Origin: a virus
DNA length: 64,000 nt
Direction: 5' to 3' (one strand)
Virus record (IMG/VR): IMGVR_UViG_3300046804_001132
Coordinates: 1 to 64,000 of that record
Numbering within the stretch: position 1 is the first letter of the stretch; each line of letters begins with the position of its first letter. Shown here in pieces: positions 29,953 to 40,450 of this stretch. The notes beneath the pieces were generated by a model. It was not told the origin of the DNA, ran no database searches, and was given only the letters and a program-made list of their open reading frames with translations. The position numbers and the translations under genes were made by a program.

Positions 29953-30380
29953 TGGCTAAGATAATAATCAAGAAGGAAAATCTTCCAGCAATAAACTCTG
30001 AAACAGAATCATATTCTGTTCGATATAGACTAACAACAGAAGATAGAAATAGATTTTCATACTGGTCACCAATATATGATGTTCCAGTCGATGTTAATTA
30101 TAGTTTAGTTTCTGGTTCAGTCACTCATTCTGGAACTCTAGTAACTACCGTGTGGGATAGCGTTGCTAATGTAACCTCATACGATGTTTGGGTGGCGTGG
30201 GCAACTTCTACAGTGCCAACCAATTTTACCTATTATGGGACACTTTCTCAGAATATGGCAAATATCTTCAATCCATCATCATATAATAGGTTTTCTGTAA
30301 AGGTTTATGTAGCAAGTCAAGATAAGACTCAGCAGTACCCCAACTTCTTGATATATCAGAATTCTGATGTTCATATCTAA
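29952..30380 (+). CDS. Minor tail protein (Fn3/Ig-like, putative)
   Basis: Y-VRYR...SYWSP beta-sandwich pattern; coupled to the previous gene. Confidence 0.4.
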   Translation: MAKIIIKKENLPAINSETESYSVRYRLTTEDRNRFSYWSPIYDVPVDVNYSLVSGSVTHSGTLVTTVWDSVANVTSYDVWVAWATSTVPTNFTYYGTLSQNMANIFNPSSYNRFSVKVYVASQDKTQQYPNFLIYQNSDVHI

Positions 30381-30407
30381 ATGGTATACTTGTAATAGGA
30401 GAAAATA

Positions 30408-30854
30408 ATGGCAAAAATACCCTTACCAGATCGCGGTCAGCCACTAGACGTAACCTATATTTATCAGGTTGCGAATGCTGTAAATGACATTGCAAATCAG
30501 GTTTCTTCTGCAACATATAACTATACTTCTGTTTATACCAGAGATGGTGGAAAACAAGATACAAAAACAAGTGAAACAAGAATCATTGGCGGGTATATTG
30601 ATATTACAAATAATGAAACTATTTCAACTGTAGGAACTACAAAAGAAAAGACATTCAACTTCCCCACAGACTTTAAGTACCCACCTATCGTTACAGCAAC
30701 TGTGACAAACTTTTTGGGTACAGATGTTGGAAACGATGTTGCAGTTGTTATAAAAGAAGTAACAACTTCTGCTGTAACCGTTATTGTTAAGTTTAATAGA
30801 ACTGGACAATTGACAACATCCGTAAATTTCATTGCAATCGGCATTCCCAATTAG
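30408..30854 (+). CDS. Small virion protein with H-type-lectin-like C-terminus
   Basis: FPTDFKYPPIVTAT...VNFIAIG motif; AGGAG RBS and TGG-TATACT promoter (30382-30390). Confidence 0.5.
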   Translation: MAKIPLPDRGQPLDVTYIYQVANAVNDIANQVSSATYNYTSVYTRDGGKQDTKTSETRIIGGYIDITNNETISTVGTTKEKTFNFPTDFKYPPIVTATVTNFLGTDVGNDVAVVIKEVTTSAVTVIVKFNRTGQLTTSVNFIAIGIPN

Positions 30855-30873
30855 TCTGATATAATTTAACGCT

Positions 30874-31068
30874 ATGTTATTCTGTAAGCGTTGTGGCGGC
30901 AGAATGTTTGTTGATCGCGCATACAACGCAATAAATCATATTGAAATATTTTGCGTGTGCTGTGGGCACCGCAAGTTTTACCATAACTTTGGACAAAATG
31001 ACAAGGATGCTCAATGGCTGCTTATGATGGAGAAGAAGAAGGCGCTCGCGTCAATATCACCCCTATAA
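30874..31068 (+). CDS. Small zinc-ribbon protein
   Basis: CKRCGG...CVCCG; 8 nt downstream of TGA-TATAAT. Confidence 0.6.
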   Translation: MLFCKRCGGRMFVDRAYNAINHIEIFCVCCGHRKFYHNFGQNDKDAQWLLMMEKKKALASISPL

Positions 31069-31556
31069 GAAGGCCAAGAAGGAAGACTTGGTTTCTTAAT
31101 GGCGATCTAGTAAGAATTACCCATACATCTCGTGCCGCTGGTATTGTTACACTATACAACTGCACACAGGATAAAAAAATGACAACAACGGTGGTAGAAT
31201 TTAGGAAGAAGAGAAAGCGTGCTTTCACGGTAACGGAAACTGCTCAACTTCTAAATTACCATAGAAAGAGTATGCCAAGATTAGTAAAATCTGGACTAAT
31301 CCCGCCACCAGTAGGAGAACTACCTGGAGGACAGGTAGCATTCCACTATCTGTCTTATTATTCAGAAGATACAATAATGGAAGCCAGAAAACTTATGGCG
31401 CAAACACATCATGGCAAGGCAAGAAAAGACGGCCTAATAACAAATAACAAAGTTCCTACCGAACAAGAGTTGCGTTATGCAATGGGAGATGCTATGATGG
31501 TGTACATAAAAAATGAACAGGGACAATTCATTCCTGTTTTCTCAGAAACACTCTAA
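31014..31556 (+). CDS. DNA-binding protein with MerR/excisionase-like HTH
   Basis: FTVTETAQLLNYHRKSMPRLVKSGLIP. Confidence 0.55.
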   Translation: MAAYDGEEEGARVNITPIRRPRRKTWFLNGDLVRITHTSRAAGIVTLYNCTQDKKMTTTVVEFRKKRKRAFTVTETAQLLNYHRKSMPRLVKSGLIPPPVGELPGGQVAFHYLSYYSEDTIMEARKLMAQTHHGKARKDGLITNNKVPTEQELRYAMGDAMMVYIKNEQGQFIPVFSETL

Positions 31557-31570
31557 CAGAAAGGATCGCT

Positions 31571-31768
31571 ATGGAGCCAACTAAGGTTTCGTGGTCGCTT
31601 GGGTATACCCTAAACACAGGAAACTTCCAGTCGCTCAGACTGGATTGTCAGGTAAGTGATTATGTGCGAGATGATGAGACTACTAAGCAGGCATCAGATC
31701 GCGTTTATCAATTTGTAGAGACTCAACTTATTGAAAAGTTGAACGAGGCCAAGGAGGAACTGGCATGA
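31571..31768 (+). CDS. Hypothetical protein
   Basis: AAGGA RBS; LGYTLNTGNFQSLRLD motif common in phage replication modules. Confidence 0.6.
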   Translation: MEPTKVSWSLGYTLNTGNFQSLRLDCQVSDYVRDDETTKQASDRVYQFVETQLIEKLNEAKEELA

Positions 31769-31956
31769 GTAAGAAGAGATATGTAGCATACGCAGAAGAG
31801 CCTCTGGTTCTCTGCTCCTATGGAAATACCCCAGCAGAGGCATTTAAGGAAATGTCTAAGATGCTGAAGGAAGTAGATGCAAAGTGGTTCTCAGGGGCAA
31901 CGGTAAATGTCCTTGAGGATGACAAGGATAATTTTGCCGTAACAGTTTATATCTAA
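31765..31956 (+). CDS. Hypothetical protein
   Basis: AAGGAGG RBS, ATGA coupling. Confidence 0.55.
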   Translation: MSKKRYVAYAEEPLVLCSYGNTPAEAFKEMSKMLKEVDAKWFSGATVNVLEDDKDNFAVTVYI

Positions 31957-31964
31957 GGAGCAAA

Positions 31965-32285
31965 GTGGTAGATCGCAAGGATAGGTTTGTTTTGCTAAGC
32001 CTATTTGAAAAGCATTGTAGGCTCAATGGCATGGAAAAGCCCAATCTTAATAAGAACAAGGAACAGTGGGCAGCAGATGCATTGCTTGAGTCATTTAGTC
32101 TTGACCAACTTGACAGTGCTATGAAATACTACTTCATGGTTAATTCCAAGCCAACATGGTCTTGGTATTCCAACAATGTAGACAAGATAATTAATGCTGC
32201 TGAAGCCTATCGTCAAGATCAGGAACTGAGAGCAGAGATGAGGATAAGGGCAAAGGAGTGGCTAAGTGAGCAACGTAGAGGCTAA
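31965..32285 (+). CDS. Hypothetical protein before the helicase (possible loader/initiator)
   Basis: AAGGAG RBS, GTG start, overlaps the helicase start. Confidence 0.5.
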   Translation: MVDRKDRFVLLSLFEKHCRLNGMEKPNLNKNKEQWAADALLESFSLDQLDSAMKYYFMVNSKPTWSWYSNNVDKIINAAEAYRQDQELRAEMRIRAKEWLSEQRRG

Positions 32286-33480
32286 GACAATTTCAGCGGT
32301 ACTAAATGACAAGCAGGTGCATGTGCTTCTGCAAGCAAATGTAGACACTCTTTTGCGTACTCATAATGATATCTGGGATTTTGTTCGTTCATACTATGAG
32401 CAGAATCAAACTGTTCCACCAGTCAATATCATTAAGAATGAGTTTTCTGATTTTGAGTATTTCTCTGATACTGGTGCAACAAAGCATCACCTTGAGCAGT
32501 TGAGGCAGGAATATCTTGAAGACAACATCAGGCTTATGCTCAGATCTGCTGCCTCAGATCTTCAGAGCGGTAGAAGCATTGATGCTCTCAATAATCTCAT
32601 TACTGAAACCGCAAACATTAAAAGGGTAACATCGACAGTACGAGATCTTGATGTTACCAATGTCGATGACGCTATTGCACATTTTGAGAGCATCAAGAAG
32701 ATGCAGGAGGATGGAATTCATGGAATCTATACAGGACTCGCAGGATTTGACAACTATCTCCCAGCAGGCATCACGCCTGGGCAATTGGGAGTTCTTCTGG
32801 CTTATCCTGCTATCGGCAAGTCTTGGATGGCTCTTTATCTCGCTGTTCAGGCTTGGAAGAATGGAAAGTCGCCACTCATCGTATCCTTGGAAATGACTGA
32901 GGCAGAGGTACGAAATCGTATCTTTGCTATCATTGGTCAGGGTATGTGGAGTCATCGTAAACTCTCCAAGGGTGAAGTAGAAATAGATATGTTTAAGAAG
33001 TGGATGCACAAGACATTTGATGGCAAGCCATCTCTTAATATTATTTCTAATGACGGTCTTGGCGAGGTATCTCCAAGCGTTCTACGAGGAAAGATTGATC
33101 AGTACAATCCAGACATTGTATTTATTGATTATCTAAACCTTATGACTTCAAATACAAAGACAGATAACGAAGTAGTAAAGATGAAGAATCTTTCTCGTGA
33201 ACTAAAACTGCTTGCTATTTCTGAGAACATCCCACTGGTTGCTATTTCATCTGCCACACCAGACGATGTTACAGATATGAATAGTGTTCCAACACTAGGA
33301 CAAACATCTTGGTCACGACAGATTGCATATGATGCTGACTGGCTACTTGCTCTTGGTCGTGCTCCTAACAGTGACGTTCTTGAGGCGGTATTTAGAAAGA
33401 ATCGTAATGGCTTCCTAGGCGAGTTTATGGTTCAGGTGGACTTTGATAGCGGAAGATTTATTTATAAAGATTTCGAATAA
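32266..33480 (+). CDS. dnaB: DnaB-like replicative helicase
   Basis: Walker A AYPAIGKS, SLEM, FIDYLNLM, SRELKLLA, YDAD, KNRNG. Confidence 0.9.
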   Translation: MSNVEAKTISAVLNDKQVHVLLQANVDTLLRTHNDIWDFVRSYYEQNQTVPPVNIIKNEFSDFEYFSDTGATKHHLEQLRQEYLEDNIRLMLRSAASDLQSGRSIDALNNLITETANIKRVTSTVRDLDVTNVDDAIAHFESIKKMQEDGIHGIYTGLAGFDNYLPAGITPGQLGVLLAYPAIGKSWMALYLAVQAWKNGKSPLIVSLEMTEAEVRNRIFAIIGQGMWSHRKLSKGEVEIDMFKKWMHKTFDGKPSLNIISNDGLGEVSPSVLRGKIDQYNPDIVFIDYLNLMTSNTKTDNEVVKMKNLSRELKLLAISENIPLVAISSATPDDVTDMNSVPTLGQTSWSRQIAYDADWLLALGRAPNSDVLEAVFRKNRNGFLGEFMVQVDFDSGRFIYKDFE

Positions 33481-33497
33481 CTTGATATAATTAGGGC

Positions 33498-33815
33498 ATG
33501 GCTTTCATGCATAAAAGAATAAAAAGATTTCATCTTGAGGGAATGATCTATGATGATTCTGCTATACCAAGATTGCGTGAAAACTATATCAATTTATTGA
33601 ACACATCAATGAGACTTGAGGGGTACGTTCCCCGCCTAGATATTGACCCAGATTTCTCAATAGAATACAATGGAACATCTTACAACTTTATACTTAGCGT
33701 TTACGGATCATTTATTGGAAAAAGGAATGCCTCATGCATAGAAGGACTAGACAAGAACAGGGCGATATATACGCCCCAGAGCAAGTCAGAAGAGTCATCA
33801 CAGGCGCAGGTTTAA
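33498..33815 (+). CDS. Hypothetical protein (leaderless)
   Basis: ATG 6 nt after TGA-TATAAT (33483-33491). Confidence 0.6.
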   Translation: MAFMHKRIKRFHLEGMIYDDSAIPRLRENYINLLNTSMRLEGYVPRLDIDPDFSIEYNGTSYNFILSVYGSFIGKRNASCIEGLDKNRAIYTPQSKSEESSQAQV

Positions 33816-34678
33816 ATATACCTACTGAGTTTGAAGATGGCTATCTGATTTTTTGCCCCTATCACAACAATTACAGAACTCCTTCTGGAGTCATATCAAA
33901 GACCAGAGGAATCTTTAACTGTTTTTCTTGTCATGAGACTAGATCCCTAGTAGACCTAGTAATGTACCTTACTAAAAAGAATTACTTTCAAGCAATTAGA
34001 TTCATTGACTCTATGGAAATTGAGTCAGATGTAGTGTCTATGATAGACAGTATGCTGAAGGTAGATCCAGTATTTGAACCCTATGATGAGTTGATGATTA
34101 AGAGGCTGCATTCTCAGGCTGTAAACTCTCCTAGGGCCATGCGTTACTATGAAGGGCGCAGAATATCAGAAGAATCTGTAAACAAGTTTTCTTTGGGGTA
34201 CAGCGAGAATCAGGATATGGTTATTATTCCTATGATGGACCCTGCTGGAACTATGTTCGTTGGATTTGTTGCAAGAAGTGTTGAGGGCAAGGATTTCAAG
34301 AATACTCCTAAACTTCCCAAATCCAAGATACTTTTTAATCTTCATCGTGCTAAGAAATATGACACGGTGTATGTTGTTGAGTCATCTTTTGATGCAATTA
34401 GGCTAGATCAAAACGGTGTGGCAGCAGTTGCTACGCTTGGCGCAAGTGTTTCAAATGCACAGTGTGATCTGCTATTAAAGTATTTTAATAACATTATCGT
34501 TGTTGGAGACAATGACGATGCTGGGAAAAATATGCAACAAAAGATACTTGACAAAGTTGGGAAGCGTGCTACACTTATTTCCATACCGTCACGGTTCAAG
34601 GATATTGGCGACATGACAGACAATGATATCCATGAACTAACTACTCGGATTGACGACCCACTACTAGCGATGTATTAA
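33734..34678 (+). CDS. dnaG: DNA primase (zinc finger + TOPRIM)
   Basis: CPYH...CFSC zinc finger; VVESSFDA and DNDDAG TOPRIM motifs; KDIGD. Confidence 0.88.
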   Translation: MHRRTRQEQGDIYAPEQVRRVITGAGLNIPTEFEDGYLIFCPYHNNYRTPSGVISKTRGIFNCFSCHETRSLVDLVMYLTKKNYFQAIRFIDSMEIESDVVSMIDSMLKVDPVFEPYDELMIKRLHSQAVNSPRAMRYYEGRRISEESVNKFSLGYSENQDMVIIPMMDPAGTMFVGFVARSVEGKDFKNTPKLPKSKILFNLHRAKKYDTVYVVESSFDAIRLDQNGVAAVATLGASVSNAQCDLLLKYFNNIIVVGDNDDAGKNMQQKILDKVGKRATLISIPSRFKDIGDMTDNDIHELTTRIDDPLLAMY

Positions 34679-34688
34679 GGAGAGTATT

Positions 34689-35348
34689 ATGTCAGTTATT
34701 AAGGGACTAAAGAACATGAGTGCAATTATTGATAAGCCTCGTTTTGAGTCATCTGATGCACCAAAGGTGCGTTGGCTCAAGGTTGAGGATAACCAGAGCA
34801 TCAAGGTACGTTTTGTCAATGAACTTGATGAGGATTCACCAAACTATACGCCAGAGCGAGATATGGCGATTGTAGTTTCAGAGCATACCAATCCAAAGGA
34901 TTACAAGCGTAAGGCTATCTGTACCATTGATACAGAGGGTCGCTGCTTTGGATGTGAGATGGCTCGCAAGGAGCCTAAGAGCGGGTGGCGTGCTAAGTTG
35001 CGCTTCTACACAAACCTGCTTGTTGATGATGGAATTGAGGACCCATACGTTGCCGTATGGTCACAGGGTGTTGGAAAGCAGTCTGCTTTTAACACTATCC
35101 GTGAGTATGTCATGGATACTGGAAGCGTAAGCAACCTCACTTGGAGGATGAAGCGTCAGGGAACTGGCACAGATACCACCTACGTTCTCCTTCCAACAAG
35201 TCCTGACAAGGAGCCATTCAATTGGTCTGGAGTTGAGCCATACAACCTTGAGAAGGTTGTTCGTGAGGTTCCATATGCAGAGCAGGAGTCCTACTATCTA
35301 GGATTTGATGGTCCTGCATCTGTTAATACCAGCAACATTAACTGGTAA
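34689..35348 (+). CDS. Single-stranded DNA-binding protein (gp32-like)
   Basis: H...C...CFGC zinc ligands, KRQGTGTDTTY motif, between primase and polymerase. Confidence 0.7.
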   Translation: MSVIKGLKNMSAIIDKPRFESSDAPKVRWLKVEDNQSIKVRFVNELDEDSPNYTPERDMAIVVSEHTNPKDYKRKAICTIDTEGRCFGCEMARKEPKSGWRAKLRFYTNLLVDDGIEDPYVAVWSQGVGKQSAFNTIREYVMDTGSVSNLTWRMKRQGTGTDTTYVLLPTSPDKEPFNWSGVEPYNLEKVVREVPYAEQESYYLGFDGPASVNTSNINW

Positions 35349-35354
35349 TTGACT

Positions 35355-35387
35355 GGTGGGGGTGGAAGTCACTACCCCACCCCCACC
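35355..35387 (+). other. G/C-rich inverted repeat between SSB and polymerase
   Basis: GGTGGGGGTGG (35355-35365) pairs perfectly with CCACCCCCACC (35377-35387). Confidence 0.6.
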
Positions 35388-35417
35388 CTCCATTTGTAAA
35401 CTACTGAAAGGATTATC

Positions 35418-38400
35418 TTGTCTAACTTTGTTCCATTGCATGTTCACACACACTTTAGCCAGATGGATGGGGTGGCTACACCAGAAGAATATATTAGTCG
35501 TGCGGTAGAGGTAGGGATGCCTGCTATTGCAATTACAGATCATGGAACATTGTCAGGCCACAGGCCAATGTATCGTGCTGCCAAAGCAGCAGGAATAAAG
35601 CCAATTCTTGGCGTAGAGGGATACATTACAGCAGATCGTTTCGACAAGAGAGATAAGTCTGAAAGAACGACTCCCCTTGACATGGTGTATAACCATATTA
35701 TTATTCTTGCCAAGAATGATCAGGGTCTTGAGAATCTTGGAAAACTCAATGAGATTTCTTGGACTGAAGGATACTACCGTAAGCCTCGTATTGACTTTGA
35801 GGTACTGGAGAAGTATCGTGAGGGACTTATTATTTCCTCTGCTTGCATGTCTGGTCTAATTAATAAGGCTATTGAGGTAGATGATTATGCTGTTGCAAAG
35901 CAGCATCTAAAGTGGTTCTCTGATAGATTTGGAGATGACTTTTATGTAGAGGTAATGCCTCACAATCCACCAGAGATCAACAAGGCTTTGGTGGAACTTG
36001 CTGATGCAGCAGGACATAAGATCATCGTTACCCCAGACTGTCACCATGCCACGGTAGATCAGAAGGTCATTCAGGAAATGATGCTTATCCTTAATACTCA
36101 TGCCAAACTTGAGAAGGATATTTCATATGACAAGTCTGTAAAGTATGCAGATATGATGGACAGGCTTGACTACCTTTATGGTAAAGATCGAATGATGAGT
36201 TTTAATAAGTTTGATATTCATCTTCTGTCTGCTGATGAGATGCGTATCGCTATGGAAGAAAACGGAGGATTCCGTGATGATATGTTTGCTAATACGCTGG
36301 AAGTATCGAATAAAGTTGAAGACTATACAATTAGTCGCAATCTCAATCTGCTTCCTGTCGAACACAGAGATCCTGATAAAGAGATTAGGGATCAGTGTCT
36401 ACGGTTCCTTAAGGAAAAGAATCTTGATTCTACGGAATATCTAGATCGCCTAGAAGAGGAACTTTCAGTAATCAAGAATAAGAAGTTTGCGTCATACTTC
36501 ATCGTTGTTCGTAATATGCTTACATGGGCAAAGAAGAATGGCATCATGGTAGGACCAGGCCGTGGATCTAGCGCAGGATCTCTTGTGTGCTATGCCCTTG
36601 GTATTACTGATATTGATCCTATTAAGTATGGTCTGCTATTCTTCCGATTCATTGATATTGATCGTGATGATTTCCCTGACGTAGATTCAGATATTCAGGA
36701 CAGCCGTCGTGAAGAGGTAAAGGATTACCTAGAAAGGCAGTATAGACATGTCGCTTCAATTGCCACCTTCCTACAGTTCAAGGACAAGGGAGTCGTGCGA
36801 GATGTGGCTCGTTGCCTCAATGTTCCACTCTCTGATGTTAATCGTGCGCTTAAGGCAGTGGATACATGGGAGGAATATCTAACATCCAAGAACATTGCAT
36901 GGTTCCGCGAAAAGTACCCAGAGATTGAGCAGTATGGTGATCAGTTGCGTGGTCGTATTCGCGGTACTGGTATTCATGCCGCAGGAGTTGTAACATCTAA
37001 GATTCCAATTTCCAAGGTAGCGCCTATGGAAACAAGATCAGTTACAGGACAGGATAATAGAATCCCTGTTGTCGCTGTTGATATGGAAGAAGCAGCAGAT
37101 ATTGGTCTTATTAAGATTGATGCACTAGGACTCAAGACTCTTACTGTTCTTAATGATGCGCTAAAGATTATTGAGGATAGGCATGGCAAAAAGATTGATC
37201 TAGAAAAGATTGATCTAGAAGATAAGAATATCTATGACATGCTTTCTAATGGATACACCAAGGGTGTGTTCCAGTGTGAAGCAGCCCCCTATACCAATCT
37301 ATTGGTTAAGATGGGTGTAAGCAAGTTTGATGAACTTGTTGCATCTAATGCTCTTGTTCGTCCTGGTGCTATGAATACTATTGGCAAGGAGTATATTGCT
37401 CGTAAGCGAGGTACTAGTGGCATTGTTTATAGTAATACTATTCTAAAAGAATTCACAGAAGACACATATGGGTGTATCCTATACCAAGAGCAAGTTATGC
37501 TCGCCTGTCAGCGTCTTGGAGGCATGACAATGGGTGAGGCTAACAAGGTTCGAAAGATCATTGGTAAGAAGAAGGATGCTAAAGAGTTTGATGAATTCAA
37601 GGAGTTATTTATTCGGAATGCGACTGGGCCACTTGGTGGGGCGGCTGCTGAGAAGATGTGGCATGATTTTGAGGCCCACGCAGGGTACTCGTTCAATAAG
37701 TCTCATGCGGTCGCTTACTCAACTCTGTCGTACTGGACAGCATGGCTCAAGTACTACTATCCGCTAGAATTTATCTTTGCTCTTCTTAACAATGAGAAGG
37801 ACAAGGATACTCGTACAGAGTATTTGATTGAGGCAAAGCGTATTGGAATTCCTCTACGCCTTCCCCATATCAATGACTCTGATATTGATTTTAAAATAGA
37901 AGGGAAGGGAATTCGTTTTGGGCTGGGGTCAATTAAGTTCATTTCTGATAAAATCGCTGATAGATATATCTCTGCACGTCCTTTCACTTCCTTTGCAGCC
38001 GTTCAAGAATTCACATTTACAAAAGGAAATGGAGTTAACAGTAGAGCATTGGAAGCAATGAGGTCTGTAGGTGCTCTAACATTTCCAGATAATCCTCGTA
38101 ATGATGATGAGGTTAAGCAAAATATGTACGAATATCTTAACCTGCCAGAATTCAATATTCAGATTCCACAGCATTATCATGCCTACATTAGTCCTGTAGA
38201 TGATTTTGATGAGAAGGGTGCCTTTATTCTGATGGGTGTTGTTCGTGCAATAAAGCGTGGCAAGGGATGGAGCCGTGTAGAAATTCTAGACGGTACTGGA
38301 TCAGTAGGAGTGTTTGATGAAGAAGAGACTGCTATCGAAGCAGGTAGGACTTACATTATTCTTGTTGGATCTAACAGAATTGTGGAAGCAGTTCCTGTTG

Positions 38401-38690
38401 ACCAACTACAGGAAAGCAAGTCTCCGCTTGTTAGATTCTTAAACTATAAGCAACTACCTTATGGTCAAGATGAGTATTATGTGCTATCCTTTAAGCCTCG
38501 TATCACTAAGGCTGGCAAGAGAATGGCTAGTCTAGTAGTGGCTGATAGCGGAAGAGAACTTATGTCGATGATTGTATTTCCATCAACATTTGCAATGGCT
38601 TACACTCGCATTGAAGAGGGTAATGCATATAAGATTAATTACAGTGTCTCAAAAGATGAGGACTTAGTATTTCAGGAGGTAGTAGCATGA
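35418..38690 (+). CDS. dnaE: DNA polymerase III alpha subunit (family C)
   Basis: PHP domain HVHTHFS/TDHG, GPGRGSSAGSL, PDVDSD, GIHAAG, KIDALGL, YSFNKSH. Confidence 0.95.
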   Translation: MSNFVPLHVHTHFSQMDGVATPEEYISRAVEVGMPAIAITDHGTLSGHRPMYRAAKAAGIKPILGVEGYITADRFDKRDKSERTTPLDMVYNHIIILAKNDQGLENLGKLNEISWTEGYYRKPRIDFEVLEKYREGLIISSACMSGLINKAIEVDDYAVAKQHLKWFSDRFGDDFYVEVMPHNPPEINKALVELADAAGHKIIVTPDCHHATVDQKVIQEMMLILNTHAKLEKDISYDKSVKYADMMDRLDYLYGKDRMMSFNKFDIHLLSADEMRIAMEENGGFRDDMFANTLEVSNKVEDYTISRNLNLLPVEHRDPDKEIRDQCLRFLKEKNLDSTEYLDRLEEELSVIKNKKFASYFIVVRNMLTWAKKNGIMVGPGRGSSAGSLVCYALGITDIDPIKYGLLFFRFIDIDRDDFPDVDSDIQDSRREEVKDYLERQYRHVASIATFLQFKDKGVVRDVARCLNVPLSDVNRALKAVDTWEEYLTSKNIAWFREKYPEIEQYGDQLRGRIRGTGIHAAGVVTSKIPISKVAPMETRSVTGQDNRIPVVAVDMEEAADIGLIKIDALGLKTLTVLNDALKIIEDRHGKKIDLEKIDLEDKNIYDMLSNGYTKGVFQCEAAPYTNLLVKMGVSKFDELVASNALVRPGAMNTIGKEYIARKRGTSGIVYSNTILKEFTEDTYGCILYQEQVMLACQRLGGMTMGEANKVRKIIGKKKDAKEFDEFKELFIRNATGPLGGAAAEKMWHDFEAHAGYSFNKSHAVAYSTLSYWTAWLKYYYPLEFIFALLNNEKDKDTRTEYLIEAKRIGIPLRLPHINDSDIDFKIEGKGIRFGLGSIKFISDKIADRYISARPFTSFAAVQEFTFTKGNGVNSRALEAMRSVGALTFPDNPRNDDEVKQNMYEYLNLPEFNIQIPQHYHAYISPVDDFDEKGAFILMGVVRAIKRGKGWSRVEILDGTGSVGVFDEEETAIEAGRTYIILVGSNRIVEAVPVDQLQESKSPLVRFLNYKQLPYGQDEYYVLSFKPRITKAGKRMASLVVADSGRELMSMIVFPSTFAMAYTRIEEGNAYKINYSVSKDEDLVFQEVVA

Positions 38691-39025
38691 ACACAGTAAA
38701 TCTAGATGCAGAATCAAAGCGTTTGCATGACAACGCTGTAGACAAAGGCTTTTGGGAACCAAACAATAAGGATACTCATACAATCTTCTATCTCAAGCAG
38801 ATTGCTATGATTCATTCAGAATGTTCAGAGGTTCTTGAGGCAATTCGCAAGAGCAAGGGCGATCAGCAGGTTGTTGAAGAACTTGCAGACATTATCATTC
38901 GAACCTTGGATCTTTATTGGGGTCTTAAGGAAGATGGCTATACAGATATTTCTCTTCACGATACTTATCTAGACAAGACTGCATATAATGAGCAGCGTGC
39001 AAGAATGCACGGGGTATTGGCGTAG
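38687..39025 (+). CDS. MazG-like nucleotide pyrophosphohydrolase
   Basis: IHSECSEVLEAIRK...EELADIIIR. Confidence 0.8.
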   Translation: MNTVNLDAESKRLHDNAVDKGFWEPNNKDTHTIFYLKQIAMIHSECSEVLEAIRKSKGDQQVVEELADIIIRTLDLYWGLKEDGYTDISLHDTYLDKTAYNEQRARMHGVLA

Positions 39026-39026
39026 T

Positions 39027-39437
39027 ATGGAAAAGTTCTACAGCAAAGCAATTGAGCAAGGTGATTGCATTGTTTGGACGGCTGCAAAAAATGTAGAAGG
39101 CTATGGTAGATTTCACTATAACGGTAAGTTTTGGATGGCCCACAGGTTATCGTGGACCTTGGAGGTTGGAGAGATTCCTGATGGAATGCATGTTCTACAT
39201 AAATGCGATAATCCACCATGCATAAATGTTAATCATTTATTTTTAGGAACAAATTCAGATAACGTTGCCGACAAGGTATCAAAAAATCGTCAAGCAAGGA
39301 ATTATAAGACACATTGCAAAAATGGTCATGAATATAAAAAGGAGAACACTTTGATCCGAAAGCAGGGATGGAAAGAATGCAGAACGTGTATAAGATTAAA
39401 TCAGCGTGAGGCAAGAAAAAGAAGGATTTCAGGATGA
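39027..39437 (+). CDS. Free-standing HNH homing endonuclease
   Basis: CIVW...GYG...AHR...VLHKCDNPPCINVNHL...N; C-terminal THCKNGH...CRTC. Confidence 0.85.
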   Translation: MEKFYSKAIEQGDCIVWTAAKNVEGYGRFHYNGKFWMAHRLSWTLEVGEIPDGMHVLHKCDNPPCINVNHLFLGTNSDNVADKVSKNRQARNYKTHCKNGHEYKKENTLIRKQGWKECRTCIRLNQREARKRRISG

Positions 39438-40450
39438 CAAACGTTGATGAGATCCTTGCACAACTTAATCCTAAGTTGCGTAAGAAGATTTCCCTTGGTT
39501 CTGAGATTGAGCAAACTCAGTTTGCCAGAACTCCTAGTTATGGACTAAATCGTGCTCTAAATGGAGGCTTTCCCTATGGCCGACAGGTATTGGTATGGGG
39601 AAATAAGTCTGCTGGCAAGTCATCATTCTGCCTACAGATCATTGCTGAAGCACAGAAAGAAGGTAAGGTATGTGCATGGATCGACGCAGAGATGACGTAC
39701 TCCCCAGAATGGGCTGCACAACTAGGCGTAGACAGTACAAAATTAATTCATTCGACTGCTCGTACCATAAACGATATGGTAGATGTTGGTACGGATTTCA
39801 TGAAGGCTGGTGTTGATGTTATCGTTGTTGATAGTATCTCTGCCCTTCTTCCTGCTATCTATTTTGAGAAGGACTCAACAGAACTAAAGCAGTTGGAGAA
39901 TACCAAGCAAATTGGTGCTGAAGCCAGAGACATGACCAATGCAGTCAAGATGCTTAACTATTCTAATAATCAGGTAAAGCCAACGCTGCTGATCCTTATT
40001 AGTCAGGCTCGTAATAATATTGGTGCCATGTATGTGTCACAGCAACCTACTGGCGGTATGGCTACGAAGTTCTACTCATCCACTATTATCAAACTATTTT
40101 CATCAGAATCAGATAATCAAGCGATCAAGGGAAAGATATATGTCGGAGACAAGATCATTGAAGAAAAGATTGGCAGGAAGGTTCGCTGGGATGTTCAGTT
40201 CTCTAAGACTAGCCCAGCATTCCAGACTGGAGAATACGACTTCTACTTCAGAGGACCAGACCTTGGAGTGGATTCAGTTGCAGACCTTGTTGATACAGCA
40301 GAAATGCTTGGCTTCATTGAACGTGGTGGAGCATGGTATACAGTCGAAGGTGAACGCTTCCAAGGTAGGGAAAAGTTAGTGGCTGGTATTAAGGAAAATC
40401 TTGATCTTCAGGAACTACTAATCAGCAAGGTATCTAGTGAACAAGTATAG
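39434..40450 (+). CDS. recA: RecA-like recombinase
   Basis: GNKSAGKS Walker A, WIDAE, VVDSISAL, PTGG...FYSS, GAWY. Confidence 0.92.
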   Translation: MTNVDEILAQLNPKLRKKISLGSEIEQTQFARTPSYGLNRALNGGFPYGRQVLVWGNKSAGKSSFCLQIIAEAQKEGKVCAWIDAEMTYSPEWAAQLGVDSTKLIHSTARTINDMVDVGTDFMKAGVDVIVVDSISALLPAIYFEKDSTELKQLENTKQIGAEARDMTNAVKMLNYSNNQVKPTLLILISQARNNIGAMYVSQQPTGGMATKFYSSTIIKLFSSESDNQAIKGKIYVGDKIIEEKIGRKVRWDVQFSKTSPAFQTGEYDFYFRGPDLGVDSVADLVDTAEMLGFIERGGAWYTVEGERFQGREKLVAGIKENLDLQELLISKVSSEQV

